Positions 63,661 to 64,000 of a stretch of 64,000 nt of DNA are shown here, in pieces. How positions within the stretch are numbered: the first letter of the stretch is position 1; the number at the start of each line of letters is the position of its first letter. The position numbers and the translations under genes were made by a program. Under the pieces are notes generated by a model. The model was given only the letters and a program-made list of their open reading frames with translations, ran no database searches and had not been told where the DNA came from. Source of the DNA: Alphaproteobacteria bacterium (lineage in GTDB: Bacteria > Pseudomonadota > Alphaproteobacteria > SHVV01); contig OZ253470.1 in the NCBI GenBank assembly GCA_965261735.1, positions 3,360,001 to 3,424,000 on the forward strand, given 5' to 3'.

Positions 63661-64000
63661 ATGTCCTTGACGGAAGAGGACGAGCAAGCGATCGACCAGG
63701 CTCTCCAGGTCTGGCGCCAGGGAGATGTCTCCCTGGACGCCGGCCTGGAGTTTCTTCATTTCGCCGATCTTTCGCGTCCGCATAGCCCTGCTTCCGTCCA
63801 GGTGGCCGACGCGGTCGCGAACGATGGCGCGGCCATCGAGGCCGGCGCCACGCCCGTGCTGGACGAGGTGCGTGGCGTGGTGATGCTCACCCAGACCTGT
63901 GATGTCGTTCGGGGCTGCCGCGCCCGGCCATTCCTCGAGATCGCGCCCCTGATCGAGGTGCCCGAGCCGTGGGTCGAAGAAATCCGCCGCCTTAAGCGAC
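63661..64000 (+). CDS. hypothetical protein with WRQGD…TQTCD motifs, runs off the window
   Basis: MSLTEEDEQAIDQALQVWRQGDV…VVMLTQTCDVVR…FLEIAPL; open to the window end, absent from the ORF track. Confidence 0.75.
   Translation, partial: MSLTEEDEQAIDQALQVWRQGDVSLDAGLEFLHFADLSRPHSPASVQVADAVANDGAAIEAGATPVLDEVRGVVMLTQTCDVVRGCRARPFLEIAPLIEVPEPWVEEIRRLKR

Overview
GC-rich alphaproteobacterial DNA (16S looks Rhodospirillales-like; not assigned further). One complete rrn operon (16S-tRNA-Ile-tRNA-Ala-23S-5S-tRNA-fMet, ~38.0-43.3 kb) sits between two IS-saturated accessory regions. Left side: relaxase and group II intron relics; a XamI-like type II R-M operon with a small ribbon-helix-helix-like gene whose promoter spacer holds two GTCGAC sites; an HD-CE/Hsp90-like ATPase conflict gene; a degenerate tRNA-Met att site next to two tandem paralogous tyrosine integrases; a coxMNOPQ-type alternative cytochrome c oxidase; higBA; and many IS3/IS5/IS21/IS91/IS256/IS1380/IS1595/IS1634 copies or fragments. 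Right side: a co-directional five-gene nuclease/helicase cluster (SbcD-like, SbcC/YhaN-like, OLD ATPase-TOPRIM, AddB-like, AddA-like), the best candidate for an undescribed defence or DNA-end-processing system. After it come nested IS110/IS1111 elements whose non-coding ends contain bridge-RNA-like guides matching their real insertion sites (the start-codon region of another IS110 and an IS21 terminal repeat). No CRISPR array was seen. All calls are by eye from motifs; no database search was run.
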